A program made the translations under genes and the position numbers. The notes below the pieces were generated by a model. The model worked only from the letters and a program-made list of their open reading frames with translations, was not told the DNA's origin and searched no databases. This document shows positions 10,192 through 19,322 of a stretch of DNA of 64,000 bases, one piece after another. Origin of the DNA: Lysobacterales bacterium (GTDB lineage: Bacteria; Pseudomonadota; Gammaproteobacteria; Xanthomonadales; SZUA-5); contig JALHMG010000001.1 in NCBI GenBank assembly GCA_022844135.1, positions 31,021 to 95,020 of the forward strand. Direction: 5' to 3'. Position 1 is the first letter of the stretch; the number at the start of each line of letters is the position of its first letter.

Positions 10192-10733
10192 AAATTGCTG
10201 CCATCGCCCCAGAGACGCAATCACTGAGCGCATGGCGTCATGGCACGAGCCGCGAGGTTGCGCGTACCGGGCAATGGCGTGCGAGTGTGGCGCGTATCGA
10301 TGAGCCCGGCGCATTCACGGCTTTTCCCGGTATGCGGCGTCAGATCGCATTGCTCGATGGCGGTCCACTGACACTGGATTGGGTCGAGCATTCGGTGGCT
10401 GTCGAACCGCGCTTGACAGCGAAGGCCTTCGAGGGCGATCCGCCGCCCATCGCTGCCGGCGAGTTCCCGTGCACTGTTTTCAATCTCATCTACCGCCAGG
10501 TGGAGGCCAAGCTCTTGCCCCGCCCGTTGGTCGGCGCCATGGTGTTGTTCAATGAGCCAGCCGTGGATTGGCTGGTATATCTGCACAGCGGCGAAGCCAC
10601 ATTGCGCTGGGGCGAGAATAACCTTTGGCTTGGCAGTCAACATGCTGCGCTGATCGAAGGCGACCACAGCGGCGGGCGTGCGGTTCTCGATGGCGGTGGC
10701 GAAGTGGTGTTGTGTCGCCTGGGTCGGGCCTGA
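10188..10733 (+). CDS. hutD: HutD/Ves family protein
   Basis: W…T.EVA…WR.S.A.I…G.F..FPG..R.I.LL.G pattern; 4-nt ATGA overlap with the SET gene. Confidence 0.8.
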   Translation: MKIAAIAPETQSLSAWRHGTSREVARTGQWRASVARIDEPGAFTAFPGMRRQIALLDGGPLTLDWVEHSVAVEPRLTAKAFEGDPPPIAAGEFPCTVFNLIYRQVEAKLLPRPLVGAMVLFNEPAVDWLVYLHSGEATLRWGENNLWLGSQHAALIEGDHSGGRAVLDGGGEVVLCRLGRA

Positions 10734-10771
10734 AGCGCGCGGCGCCTCGCGGCGAGGTGATCGCAGGACGA

Positions 10772-12109
10772 TTACTCGAAACCGTTCGTCAGCAGCACAT
10801 CCGACGGCGCTCTATCTAGCAAATGCTGCGCCAGCACCGCCGCATTCATGCGCAGGATTCGCGGCCCCAGCTGCTGCGCATTGGTAATGTTAGACGGGAT
10901 GTCGGTGGTGTTGTGATAGTGCGCGCCGTACTGGGCAAAATCGCCTTGAATGCTGAGCATCCCCGGTGCGCCGCGGGCTAGAAACGGCATATGGTCGGAG
11001 CAGCACGGCATCAAGTCTTGCACCACTCGTAAATCCGGTACATAGGTCGCTGCGGCCAGCGCGAACTGGCTGAGAATGGTCTCGAACTCAGGCTCTGTTT
11101 CGATGACGACATCGAAGTCGTTGTCCGCCGAGTAGCCGATCATGTCGAGATTTATAACGAGGCGCGTGTTCGCCAAGCGCCCGTCGTTCATCATCGTTTG
11201 CGCCACGTCGCCGCCGCCTTGCAGGCCCTGCTCCTCGCCAGATACGCACACAAACAGCACACTGCGCACGAGGTTTCGGGTCGACATCACGTCGGCCAGC
11301 TCGACAACGCCGCTGCATCCCGACGCGTTGTCCTCGGCGCCGGGGGCAGGCGACGGACTTTGAATGTTGCGATTGCGCGAGTCGTAGTGGCCAATCACAA
11401 CGATCCATTGATTCGGATACTGCGACCCGACGCGGGTGGCCAGAACATTCTGTCGGGTCGCGTTGCTTGGGCTGAAAACGACCGTGAAGCTTGGCGTAGC
11501 GACGGTGTAACCCAAAGCGTTGAATTGCCCGGCCAACCAATCGCGAGCTGCCGTGCTGCCGAGATCGTTGAACGATGAACGATCGAAACTGGCGAGCGTG
11601 GACAGGCGCGAGAACCAGCGCGAGGCGTCGACGGCATCGACTGCCGCTTGCACGACCGGATCGGACGCGGTCGCCTTGCGCGCATCCCCGGACAGATCGC
11701 GCAACACCACGTTATGCGCCTTGAGTGTTCGGAATTCGCCGCCCGGCGGCGCATAAGGGACAAAGCGTTTGGGCGCCTCGATCAGCGCCTGATTGCCATC
11801 GCTGGCGATGACGCGGCCTTCGATCCCTGCGCCGCTGCCGCCGCAGCCGCGTTTGTGCACCAGCAAGCGTTCCTTATCGACATCCATGATTTGGCTGACG
11901 GGCAGGTCGCCCCAAGCGCTTGGATCGAGAGCGCCGCCGAGCACCAGCAGCGATCCCATCTCGACACTGAAATCGGCGCCGCTGCGCTCTACTAACTCGC
12001 CCATCGCCACGCTATCGAGTTTGCTGACCTGGACGATAGTCAGCGTTTCGGCGTTCGCGACTGCAGACGCCAATCCGAGTAAACAGCAAATGAGCGGGCG
12101 CACCTTCAT
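10772..12109 (-). CDS. Secreted M28 family metallopeptidase
   Basis: Signal peptide; IGHYDS, PGAEDNASG, GEEQGL, NLDMIGY, SDHMPF, YHNTTD motifs. C-terminus SDVLLTNGFE. Confidence 0.92.
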   Translation of the reverse strand: MKVRPLICCLLGLASAVANAETLTIVQVSKLDSVAMGELVERSGADFSVEMGSLLVLGGALDPSAWGDLPVSQIMDVDKERLLVHKRGCGGSGAGIEGRVIASDGNQALIEAPKRFVPYAPPGGEFRTLKAHNVVLRDLSGDARKATASDPVVQAAVDAVDASRWFSRLSTLASFDRSSFNDLGSTAARDWLAGQFNALGYTVATPSFTVVFSPSNATRQNVLATRVGSQYPNQWIVVIGHYDSRNRNIQSPSPAPGAEDNASGCSGVVELADVMSTRNLVRSVLFVCVSGEEQGLQGGGDVAQTMMNDGRLANTRLVINLDMIGYSADNDFDVVIETEPEFETILSQFALAAATYVPDLRVVQDLMPCCSDHMPFLARGAPGMLSIQGDFAQYGAHYHNTTDIPSNITNAQQLGPRILRMNAAVLAQHLLDRAPSDVLLTNGFE

Positions 12110-12133
12110 ACGCTCAGCGTAACAAACATCTGC

Positions 12134-12166
12134 GGCCCGCGGCGCGCCAAAAGTGCGCCGCGGGCC
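12134..12166 (-). terminator. Intrinsic terminator-like hairpin after the CHRD gene
   Basis: Perfect 12-bp stem GGCCCGCGGCGC / GCGCCGCGGGCC followed on the minus strand by GCAGAUGUUUGUU. Confidence 0.6.
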
Positions 12167-12182
12167 TCGTTTCGGGTTGGAG

Positions 12183-12983
12183 TTATGGGCAGCTCAGGCC
12201 ACGGATTCGCGTGATGCGCGACAGCCGCATCAGGCCACTGCCGAATCCCTGGATCGAGTCGTACGCCACTCGGCCGTTGTTGCAGTCGTCGAAGGTGATC
12301 ACCAGGGTGCCCCACGGCGGTTGCGTGACATTGGTCGGAATGAAGTTGGGGATGAAACGCCCGCCGGTGGGGCGCACGGCATTGATCGTGGCGACATTGT
12401 TGACCACCGATCCGACGCCGAAGAACCAGGCTTGTTGCGCCTCAGGATTGAACGTGTACCACGTCGCCAGGATTTGATTGTTATCCAGCACTTCGATCAT
12501 CAGGCCGTGTCCATCCTGAGCCGGGTCGTACCACGAACCCGAATGCGCGCCGATGATCGATCGTGGAGACAGGATCTGGCCGCGAATCTCTCCGCCGGGG
12601 AAGGCGGTCGAGTGCACGTTGAAGTACCAAAGTCCATTGCGCAGATCGACGGTTTGCTGCGCGGTCATCGGAAACGTCAGATTCAGAAACTGTGCGGAGC
12701 GTCCGCCCAGGCTGCCGATGTTGAACAGCACCGGCGCGTTGGCGCCGGCCGCCGCGTTGCCGTGGATGTGCGCCATCGTCTGATTGCTGCCGAGACCGGA
12801 AAACTGCAGCGAAACACTGATCTGGTTCTGGTTGGCATTCAACACCACCGTGCCCACGCCCACAGCGGTGGTCGAGTTTGGCGGGACCTCTTGCGTGCCG
12901 GTCAGCGTTGCGACGAAGGTTTCTTGGGCAGCCAACGGGCTGCACATGAGTAATGCCAGAAACACCACATGCCACTTAGTCAT
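12183..12983 (-). CDS. Secreted CHRD-domain protein with C-terminal beta domain
   Basis: Signal peptide; L.G.QEVPP, AHIHG, LRNGLWYFNVHSTAFPGGEIRGQI (CHRD), then SGSWYDPAQDGHG domain. Confidence 0.9.
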   Translation of the reverse strand: MTKWHVVFLALLMCSPLAAQETFVATLTGTQEVPPNSTTAVGVGTVVLNANQNQISVSLQFSGLGSNQTMAHIHGNAAAGANAPVLFNIGSLGGRSAQFLNLTFPMTAQQTVDLRNGLWYFNVHSTAFPGGEIRGQILSPRSIIGAHSGSWYDPAQDGHGLMIEVLDNNQILATWYTFNPEAQQAWFFGVGSVVNNVATINAVRPTGGRFIPNFIPTNVTQPPWGTLVITFDDCNNGRVAYDSIQGFGSGLMRLSRITRIRGLSCP

Positions 12984-13206
12984 AAAGACCTCCTTGATGG
13001 AAACGAACTACCAGCGCTTGCTGCTCAAGTGTACAGCGGCGAACGGTCTGTTCTGTGCGATGCCGAACGATTCGGGCCAAGCTCGCGCCAACAACTCTAA
13101 CCGGCTTCGCTTCATACGTTTGGCACTCACGGCTCGGATGCAACATGCGACAAAACCCCTCATGCAGGGCAATCGGCTGCGGCCCGATGCAAACGCATAG
13201 GCCGCC

Positions 13207-14502
13207 TCAGCGCCGCATCCGTTCGCCGCGAATGACCACGTCGGCCACGGTCTTCAATGTTGCAAGATCGCTGAGCGGGTCGTTGTCGAGCGCGACCAAA
13301 TCTGCCGACTTGCCCGCCTCGATGGTGCCGATTTCGTCGCCCAAGCCAAGTAAGCCGGCGGCATGGATGGTCGCCGCGATCAGCGCTTCCTGGGCGCTCA
13401 TCCCATGCTTGACCATCAACTCGAATTCGTCGGCGTTACGGCCATGCAAGCTCACGCCCGCGTCGGTGCCAAAAGCGATCTTGACGCCCGCATCGTGCGC
13501 GCGTTTGAGCGCCTGCCCGGTGATCGAGATGCGCCATTCGATCTTCTTTTTCACTGCGGGCGAATAGGCATCCGGATCGGCCGCCAGGCGCTCAAGGTAG
13601 CCATTGATCGTGGACAGCGTGGGCACGTAATACGCGCCCGATTGTTTGAACAGCTTCAAGCCAGCGTCGTTGAGCAATGTCCCGTGTTCGATGGAATCCG
13701 CGCCGAGTTTGAGCGCCAGATTGATGCCATCGTGACCGTGCGCATGGACCGCGACTTTCTTGCCATAAAGATGCGCGGTTTCGATGATTGCGCGCGCCTC
13801 GTCCTCAAACATCTGTGCGCCCAACCCCAACCCGATGCGGCTGTTGACGCCACCGGTGGTCGCAAACTTGATCAGATCCGCGCCGCGTGCGATTTGCAGC
13901 CGCACCGCGCGACGGCAGTCATCCGCGCCGTCGCATAAGTTGCCGTTGTCGTTGAGCGCGCTGCGCAAATCGTCGCGAAAGCCGAGCGCCGCGTCCATAT
14001 GTCCCGTGGTCGCTGAGATCGACATCCCCGCATCGAGAATGCGCGGCCCTTGCACCTTGCCGGCGGCTATCGCATCGCGCAGCGCCAGCGTCACGCCATC
14101 GGCGTCGCCCAAGTTGCGGACCGTGGTGAATCCGGCACGCAGCGTCTTTTGCGCGTTGACCAGCGCATCGAAGGCTTTGGCGGGCGGACTCAGCGTGAGC
14201 TGATTCAATTGCGCCTCCACGCCGGCGCGATCGCTGCTCAAGTGCACGTGGCAATCGATCAATCCGGGAAGCACGGTTTTGTCCGACCAATCGATCAGCT
14301 GTGCATCCTCGGCCAGACCTGCTTCAGCCAGCGTCACGAAGCCGGCCTCAACTTCCCGCACCCGGCCGTTGTCCACAACCACCGAAACGCGTTCGGTGGG
14401 CGCGGCGTCCATGCGCGAGTACAGGCGACCCGCGTGGATCACCGCGTCCTGAGCGGAGGCCGTTGTTGCGACCAATACCATCGATGCGATCAGCGCCTTC
14501 AC
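13207..14502 (-). CDS. Secreted amidohydrolase (prolidase/Xaa-Pro dipeptidase-like)
   Basis: PGLIDCHVHL, GFTTVRNLG, VHAHG, SIEHG, FGTDAG, G.IEAGKSADLV motifs. Confidence 0.92.
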   Translation of the reverse strand: MKALIASMVLVATTASAQDAVIHAGRLYSRMDAAPTERVSVVVDNGRVREVEAGFVTLAEAGLAEDAQLIDWSDKTVLPGLIDCHVHLSSDRAGVEAQLNQLTLSPPAKAFDALVNAQKTLRAGFTTVRNLGDADGVTLALRDAIAAGKVQGPRILDAGMSISATTGHMDAALGFRDDLRSALNDNGNLCDGADDCRRAVRLQIARGADLIKFATTGGVNSRIGLGLGAQMFEDEARAIIETAHLYGKKVAVHAHGHDGINLALKLGADSIEHGTLLNDAGLKLFKQSGAYYVPTLSTINGYLERLAADPDAYSPAVKKKIEWRISITGQALKRAHDAGVKIAFGTDAGVSLHGRNADEFELMVKHGMSAQEALIAATIHAAGLLGLGDEIGTIEAGKSADLVALDNDPLSDLATLKTVADVVIRGERMRR

Positions 14503-14754
14503 GGGTTCTCCAATCGCAAGCTCACGGGTTCTGGATCATGCATCGGACGCGCGGCAGTTTGAAGAGGTGCAGTTGCGGCGCGACGGCTTGGTTTGCTGCG
14601 ATTACCCGCACTGAACTGACCTCATTCAACGGATGATGGATTTCAGCCGTCCCGACCGTTGGGTCGGCTGCGGCCTCCGGCCGTGCATTTTCGTCCCTTC
14701 TCAGGCGTGGTTAGCGCCGGCGCGCTGTTGTGAGGTTCGCGAGAATGACGTGGC

Positions 14755-14784
14755 TCAGTGTCCGGCTCTGAAACCGGACACTGA
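14755..14784. terminator. Perfect 11-bp stem hairpin downstream of the AhpD/CMD gene
   Basis: TCAGTGTCCGG-CTCTGAAA-CCGGACACTGA, 10 nt past the stop codon. No U-tract. Confidence 0.45.
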
Positions 14785-14793
14785 TGCCTCGGT

Positions 14794-15333
14794 TTACGCT
14801 GCCAGCGCCACCGGCTCGAAATCGACCGGCACATCGAGCGCAACGTTGATGTAGTTGGTGTAGAGGTTCAGCGCCGTGTGTGCGATCAGCTCGACGATTT
14901 CCTCGTCCGAGAAGCCGGCGCTGCGCACTGCAGCAACATCGCTGGCAGAGGCGGCTCCGCGTGCGTCGACGAGCTTCAACACGAACGAGAGTGCGGCCTG
15001 GGTGCGCGGATCGCCGCTTTGTCCGCGTTGCGCCGCTGCCAGCGTTGCGCCGCTCAATCCCGCGCCCTGACCGAGCGCAGTGTGCGCGGCCAAGCAGTAC
15101 TCACAGCGATTGCGATTGGCGATCGCGACGGCCAGTTGCTCGCCCAACGCTGCGCCGAGCTTGCCGCCGCCGAGTGCGCCGAAGCTGCCCCACATGCTCT
15201 TCAATGCAGCAGGCGAGTTCGCCACGGCGCGGAACATGGCCGGCCGGGCGCCCATTACGCGCTCGATTTGCGCGAGCAACTCGGCGCTCGGTTTGGTGGC
15301 TGTTTGCTCATCCAACAAGGCAACTCGTGACAT
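14794..15333 (-). CDS. Carboxymuconolactone decarboxylase/AhpD-family peroxidase-related protein
   Basis: A.RNRCEYCLAAH CxxC motif; GFSDEEIVELIAH.ALNLYTNYIN. Confidence 0.9.
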   Translation of the reverse strand: MSRVALLDEQTATKPSAELLAQIERVMGARPAMFRAVANSPAALKSMWGSFGALGGGKLGAALGEQLAVAIANRNRCEYCLAAHTALGQGAGLSGATLAAAQRGQSGDPRTQAALSFVLKLVDARGAASASDVAAVRSAGFSDEEIVELIAHTALNLYTNYINVALDVPVDFEPVALAA

Positions 15334-15427
15334 GGTTTATCTCCTAAAGGCACCGCGAAGTGCGGTGAGGAGAAAACTAGCGATGAAACCGGTACTATTC
15401 GTATCGGATAGTTCGATGTTCATTGCA

Positions 15428-16270
15428 ATGAGTACGAAATTAGATCGCCTGGACGCTCTGTTGTCTCGGTTTGCGTTGTCTGCGGAGATGTTTCACTCCG
15501 GGCCGCTGTGCGGCCTGACCGAGTTCGCGCCGCTCCCCGGCGTGGGCCAACTGCATCTGGTGCGGCGTGGCGCGGTGGTGGTCATGCATGAGCACTACGC
15601 CGCGCGCATCGATGTGCCGAGTCTGCTGTTCTATCCGCGCCCTATGGCGCACCGTTTCGTCACAGAGGGACAAGGCGCAGATATGGCGTGCGCCAATGTG
15701 CGTTTCGCCGACAACGATCGCCATCCGATCGCGCTGGGTTTGCCGTCGTTCGTGGTTCTGCCGTTAGGCCAGCTCAGCGGCTGCGATGCCGTGCTGGAGG
15801 TGCTTTTCGGCGAAGCCTTTGCGCCGCGCTGCGGCAGCCGGCAACTGGTCAATCGTTTGTTCGAAGTGGTGTTGATTTATATCTTGCGCGCGCTGATCGA
15901 CGGCGGTCGTGTCGAGCAGGGGGTGCTCGCCGGTCTGGCCGATGCCAGGCTTTGCCGCGCGCTGGTGGCCATGCACGAGGACATCGCCCGGCCTTGGTCG
16001 TTGCCATTATTGGCGCAATATGCGGGCCAGTCGCGCACGCAGTTCGCCAATCACTTCAAGCGAGTTGTCGGCATCACACCGGGCGAATACCTGACCTCGC
16101 ACCGGATGCGTGTTGCGCAAAGCTTGCTTCGCGAGGGCCGGTCGCTCGAACAAGTGGCTGCGGCCGTCGGCTATAGCGGCCAGAGCGCGTTCTCGCGTGC
16201 GTTCATCGATACGCTTGGCGTTGCGCCGAGCACATGGCGTCGCGCGCGACCTTCTGCATTTCCTGATTGA
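15428..16270 (+). CDS. AraC-family regulator (cupin + HTH, RclR-like), divergent from the AhpD gene
   Basis: D.L..LL.RF, SGPLCG, CANVRF in the sensor domain; SRTQFANHFKRVVG.TPGEYL, VGYSGQSAFSRAF HTH. Confidence 0.88.
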   Translation: MSTKLDRLDALLSRFALSAEMFHSGPLCGLTEFAPLPGVGQLHLVRRGAVVVMHEHYAARIDVPSLLFYPRPMAHRFVTEGQGADMACANVRFADNDRHPIALGLPSFVVLPLGQLSGCDAVLEVLFGEAFAPRCGSRQLVNRLFEVVLIYILRALIDGGRVEQGVLAGLADARLCRALVAMHEDIARPWSLPLLAQYAGQSRTQFANHFKRVVGITPGEYLTSHRMRVAQSLLREGRSLEQVAAAVGYSGQSAFSRAFIDTLGVAPSTWRRARPSAFPD

Positions 16271-16405
16271 ACCTGTCGGCAGGTTCATGACGAAGCGGGA
16301 TCCGGCGTTTGAGTGTTTTCCACAGAACGGCTTCTTCTGTTGAAGCTTCCTTGCGCAAAAAGGGTGCGAATCCGCGCTGGCAAACGGAGCTCTAGTAGAT
16401 TGAGT

Positions 16406-17002
16406 TCACTCGGGTGGCCGCAAGGCCAGCCCGATCATCGCCAGCACTTGCTCGCTCGCCGTTTCTGCCACCGCAGAATCGATGGCCAAGTGCTGCATCA
16501 CGTCGCCAGCGCGTATTCCGGACAACCCATGCATGCACGACCAGATGAAGAGCGCGCGCTGATCGATCTGCGCTGCAGGCATGTGTTCTCCCAAGCGCCT
16601 CAAGACGCCGCGAAGTACATCGAATGCATACACCGCATTGCGGACCAGGTCGGGGTGCTCGGCGGGAGCCGGCCAGGGCGTGCCGAACATCAGCCGATAC
16701 TCCAGAGAGTGGCTGCGCGCATAGCTCAAGTACGCGCGTCCAAGTTCCCCCAGGTCCTGATCGGGATTGTCGCTTGCCTGCCGCGCTTCCAGGTGAGCAC
16801 GAAAGTCGATAAAGCACTTAGACATTACGGCGGCCAGAAGATGGTCGCGCGATGGATAGTGCCGATAGGGCGCTTGATGCGAAACGCCGAGCTTGCGAGC
16901 GACCTCACGCAAGCTCAGCGCTTCCAGGCCGGACTCGGCGATCACTTCGCGTGCGGCATCGACGCAGGACTCTTTCAGTGGAACCGTTGTCTTCTTGCGC
17001 AT
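16406..17002 (-). CDS. TetR/AcrR family regulator (WHG-type C-terminus)
   Basis: LSLREVARKLGVSHQAPYRHY; IWSCMHGL. Confidence 0.92.
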   Translation of the reverse strand: MRKKTTVPLKESCVDAAREVIAESGLEALSLREVARKLGVSHQAPYRHYPSRDHLLAAVMSKCFIDFRAHLEARQASDNPDQDLGELGRAYLSYARSHSLEYRLMFGTPWPAPAEHPDLVRNAVYAFDVLRGVLRRLGEHMPAAQIDQRALFIWSCMHGLSGIRAGDVMQHLAIDSAVAETASEQVLAMIGLALRPPE

Positions 17003-17031
17003 TCCCGGTGTTTGCGGCGGCCCGTGCTCGC

Positions 17032-17829
17032 TTAGGATGATCGCTCACGATTCGTCATTCCGGCCATGATGTTGCGCATGATGTTCACACGCAGGGCGCG
17101 CGGCGCGGTTGCCAGCGAGTAGCCGAGTAGTTTCGACAACAGACCAGGTCTTACGAGGCGCCGTTTGCCCAGTGCATCGATCGTTTCGCGCGCCACCGTT
17201 TGAGCGCTCTCTGTGGCGCCAAGGCGCATACCGGCGCGACGCGCAAAACCGCTGGCCACCGGTCCCGGCGCGGATGCCAGCACATCCACACCGAATGGGG
17301 CCAATTCCGATGCCAGTCCTTCGGCCAGGCTTTGCACGTAGGCCTTCGTCGCTGCGTAATTGCTGGCGCGAGGTACGCCCTGGAAGGCGACGATGGAACT
17401 CAGCATGATCATGCCGCCGCGACCGCGGGCGGCCATACCTGGTGCGAGCGCTTTGCAGAGGGCCAGAACCGCGCGGCAATTGACGTCGACTTGCGACAGC
17501 TCATCCTCCAGTTCGGTGTCGAGAAAGGCGCCGGAGGTGCCGAATCCTGCCGCAGCAACAAGTAACCCGATTGGGCGCTGGCGGGTCGCAGCGATCACAG
17601 CGCTCAACTCCGATTCGGCCCCGAGATCGGCAGGCAATGGCACGCATTCGATGCCGTGGCGGGCGCCAAGGTTGCTGGCGAGATGCTGGAGCAGCTCGCG
17701 CCTTCGCGCGGCGAGCAGCAGGTTCAGTCCGCGGCCCGCAAGGTCCTCGGCCATCGCTCTGCCGATTCCGTCTGATGCGCCGGTAACCAGGGCCCAGGGC
17801 CCATAGCGATCTTTGAACGCCGCGCTCAT
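17032..17829 (-). CDS. Short-chain dehydrogenase/reductase
   Basis: TGASDGIG and YAATK motifs. Confidence 0.92.
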   Translation of the reverse strand: MSAAFKDRYGPWALVTGASDGIGRAMAEDLAGRGLNLLLAARRRELLQHLASNLGARHGIECVPLPADLGAESELSAVIAATRQRPIGLLVAAAGFGTSGAFLDTELEDELSQVDVNCRAVLALCKALAPGMAARGRGGMIMLSSIVAFQGVPRASNYAATKAYVQSLAEGLASELAPFGVDVLASAPGPVASGFARRAGMRLGATESAQTVARETIDALGKRRLVRPGLLSKLLGYSLATAPRALRVNIMRNIMAGMTNRERSS

Positions 17830-18251
17830 TGCACAACCTCGATTGTCAAGGTCAACGGCCAGCCGTCGTAGTCGATTGCCGCCTCATCGAAACGCGGCGC
17901 GCGAAACGATGGACGCATCCCACGCGAGACGCCCCAAGCTTCTTTAGGGATGCCGAGGAAATTCGTATCGAGTTTGCCGTTGGCGTTGGCATCGTGGCTG
18001 ACTGCGATCGCGATTCGCCCCGCAGGCAGGTCTTCGAAGCGACACACGAGCGGTTGCGTTTGTGCCGAAAGAACGCTCAATCGCGCTTGCGACGCGTCGT
18101 CTGGAAAGCCCTCTGGGCTGACGAAGACCGCACATCGAATTGAGCCGGCGGGTGCGATGGCTCCGGCGATCTGCACGTCAAGACTTGTTGCTGTCGCGCT
18201 TCCGCTACAGGCCAGGTAAAGCGCTATCGCGTGAATCTTCAGAAATCTCAT
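17826..18251 (-). CDS. DUF2141-family exported protein
   Basis: Signal peptide; AVSHDANANGKLDTNFLGIPKEAWGVS…PRFDEA. Confidence 0.88.
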   Translation of the reverse strand: MRFLKIHAIALYLACSGSATATSLDVQIAGAIAPAGSIRCAVFVSPEGFPDDASQARLSVLSAQTQPLVCRFEDLPAGRIAIAVSHDANANGKLDTNFLGIPKEAWGVSRGMRPSFRAPRFDEAAIDYDGWPLTLTIEVVQ

Positions 18252-18264
18252 GTTGGTTTCTCGT

Positions 18265-18311
18265 TGTTGACGGTGTCTACATTGGACGCTATCTTGTTGA
18301 CACTGTCAACA
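18265..18311. promoter_or_regulatory. Two palindromic operator sites in the divergent promoter (likely TetR sites)
   Basis: TGTTGACA-C-TGTCAACA (18295-18311, perfect) and TGTTGACG-G-TGTCTACA (18265-18281, imperfect), 30 bp apart. Confidence 0.7.
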
Positions 18312-18326
18312 GCGAGGGTCAGAAAA

Positions 18327-18800
18327 ATGCGTCGAAGTCTGCGTTTTGCCGTCATTGGTGCACTCGGTGCTTGGTTAGCTGGATGCGCCGTGTCGACGCC
18401 GATGCAATGGAAGGATGTGGCGAGCGATGTTCGGGTAGAGATCTCGTTGACCCACGCAATCCTCGATCCGCAAAAACGCACCGCTTTCGACGCCTACACC
18501 GATCAGATTCGATCGCAGCTGGGCAAGCAGCCTGGCCTTGTCGGTCACTCCGTGCGGCGCGAGCTTTTCGGCAACCAAGTTTGGACCTACACCGTCTGGG
18601 CGTCAGCCGCTGATCGACAAGCGTTCGTCAGCTCCGACCTGCACCTGCGCGCGATGCAGCAGGCCGCCCATGCCATCGTCGACATGCGCGTGAGGCGCTT
18701 TACGGTCAAGCGCAACGAAGCTCCGCAATCTTGGGGAGAGGTTCTGATCTGGTTGGATCGTCCGACTGGCGAGGATGCGCTGGACAGTGCGGGACCATGA
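18327..18800 (+). CDS. Lipoprotein with ABM/DUF3291-like dimeric alpha-beta barrel
   Basis: Lipobox LAGC; QPGLVGHS, WTYTVW…AFV.S..H..AM pattern. Confidence 0.65.
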   Translation: MRRSLRFAVIGALGAWLAGCAVSTPMQWKDVASDVRVEISLTHAILDPQKRTAFDAYTDQIRSQLGKQPGLVGHSVRRELFGNQVWTYTVWASAADRQAFVSSDLHLRAMQQAAHAIVDMRVRRFTVKRNEAPQSWGEVLIWLDRPTGEDALDSAGP

Positions 18801-19124
18801 GGCAAGGGTCACAGGCCCAGGCACAGGCAAGAGAATAACGCGCCATTGCCTCCGCACGCGGCAGACTGAACCGACGAGCATTGCCTGCCTCGTTCGACGG
18901 CGTATTTGCTGCAAACCTGCGGTAGACCTTGACTCAAGTGGGGCTTCTAAAGAAAAGCCGCCTCGCAGACCCTTTCATTCAGGCGACCGGATCCCGCTTC
19001 ATCAAGAACGCCAGTACCGCTGAGGTTGCAGACACTGTCGATTGCGTTGCAACTGCGCGGCGTCGCGACCCAGTTCCGCGCGCCGCGCGTGACAATGGCT
19101 TAGCTGAGGCAACAGGGGCGTTGA

Positions 19125-19322
19125 ATGGCCATCGTGCAGAACATCGCGGAGCGGCTGGAACAGGTGATGGAGGTGGTGCGCGAGCAGCACCTGGATGTAG
19201 AAACGGCGGCGCGGGAGTTTGGTTTCCCCTCGCTCGATGCGTTCTTTACGGCGTTCGACAAGCACTATGGCGTGCGCGTCGAAACCGTTTCGCTGAGCAG
19301 CGCCGATGGTGCGCAGCCATAG
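19125..19322 (+). CDS. 65-aa protein resembling a single AraC C-terminal HTH (copy 1)
   Basis: AGGGG RBS; DVETAAREFGFPSLDAFFTAFDKHYG matches the AraC second-HTH pattern. Confidence 0.6.
   Translation: MAIVQNIAERLEQVMEVVREQHLDVETAAREFGFPSLDAFFTAFDKHYGVRVETVSLSSADGAQP

Noticed and set aside
18801-19115. Intergenic stretch with GGCTT…AAGCC mini-hairpin and ORF 18929-19564
   Set aside because: No recognisable product; the ORF is mostly the antisense of the duplicated AraC fragment, and the hairpin is too short to call.
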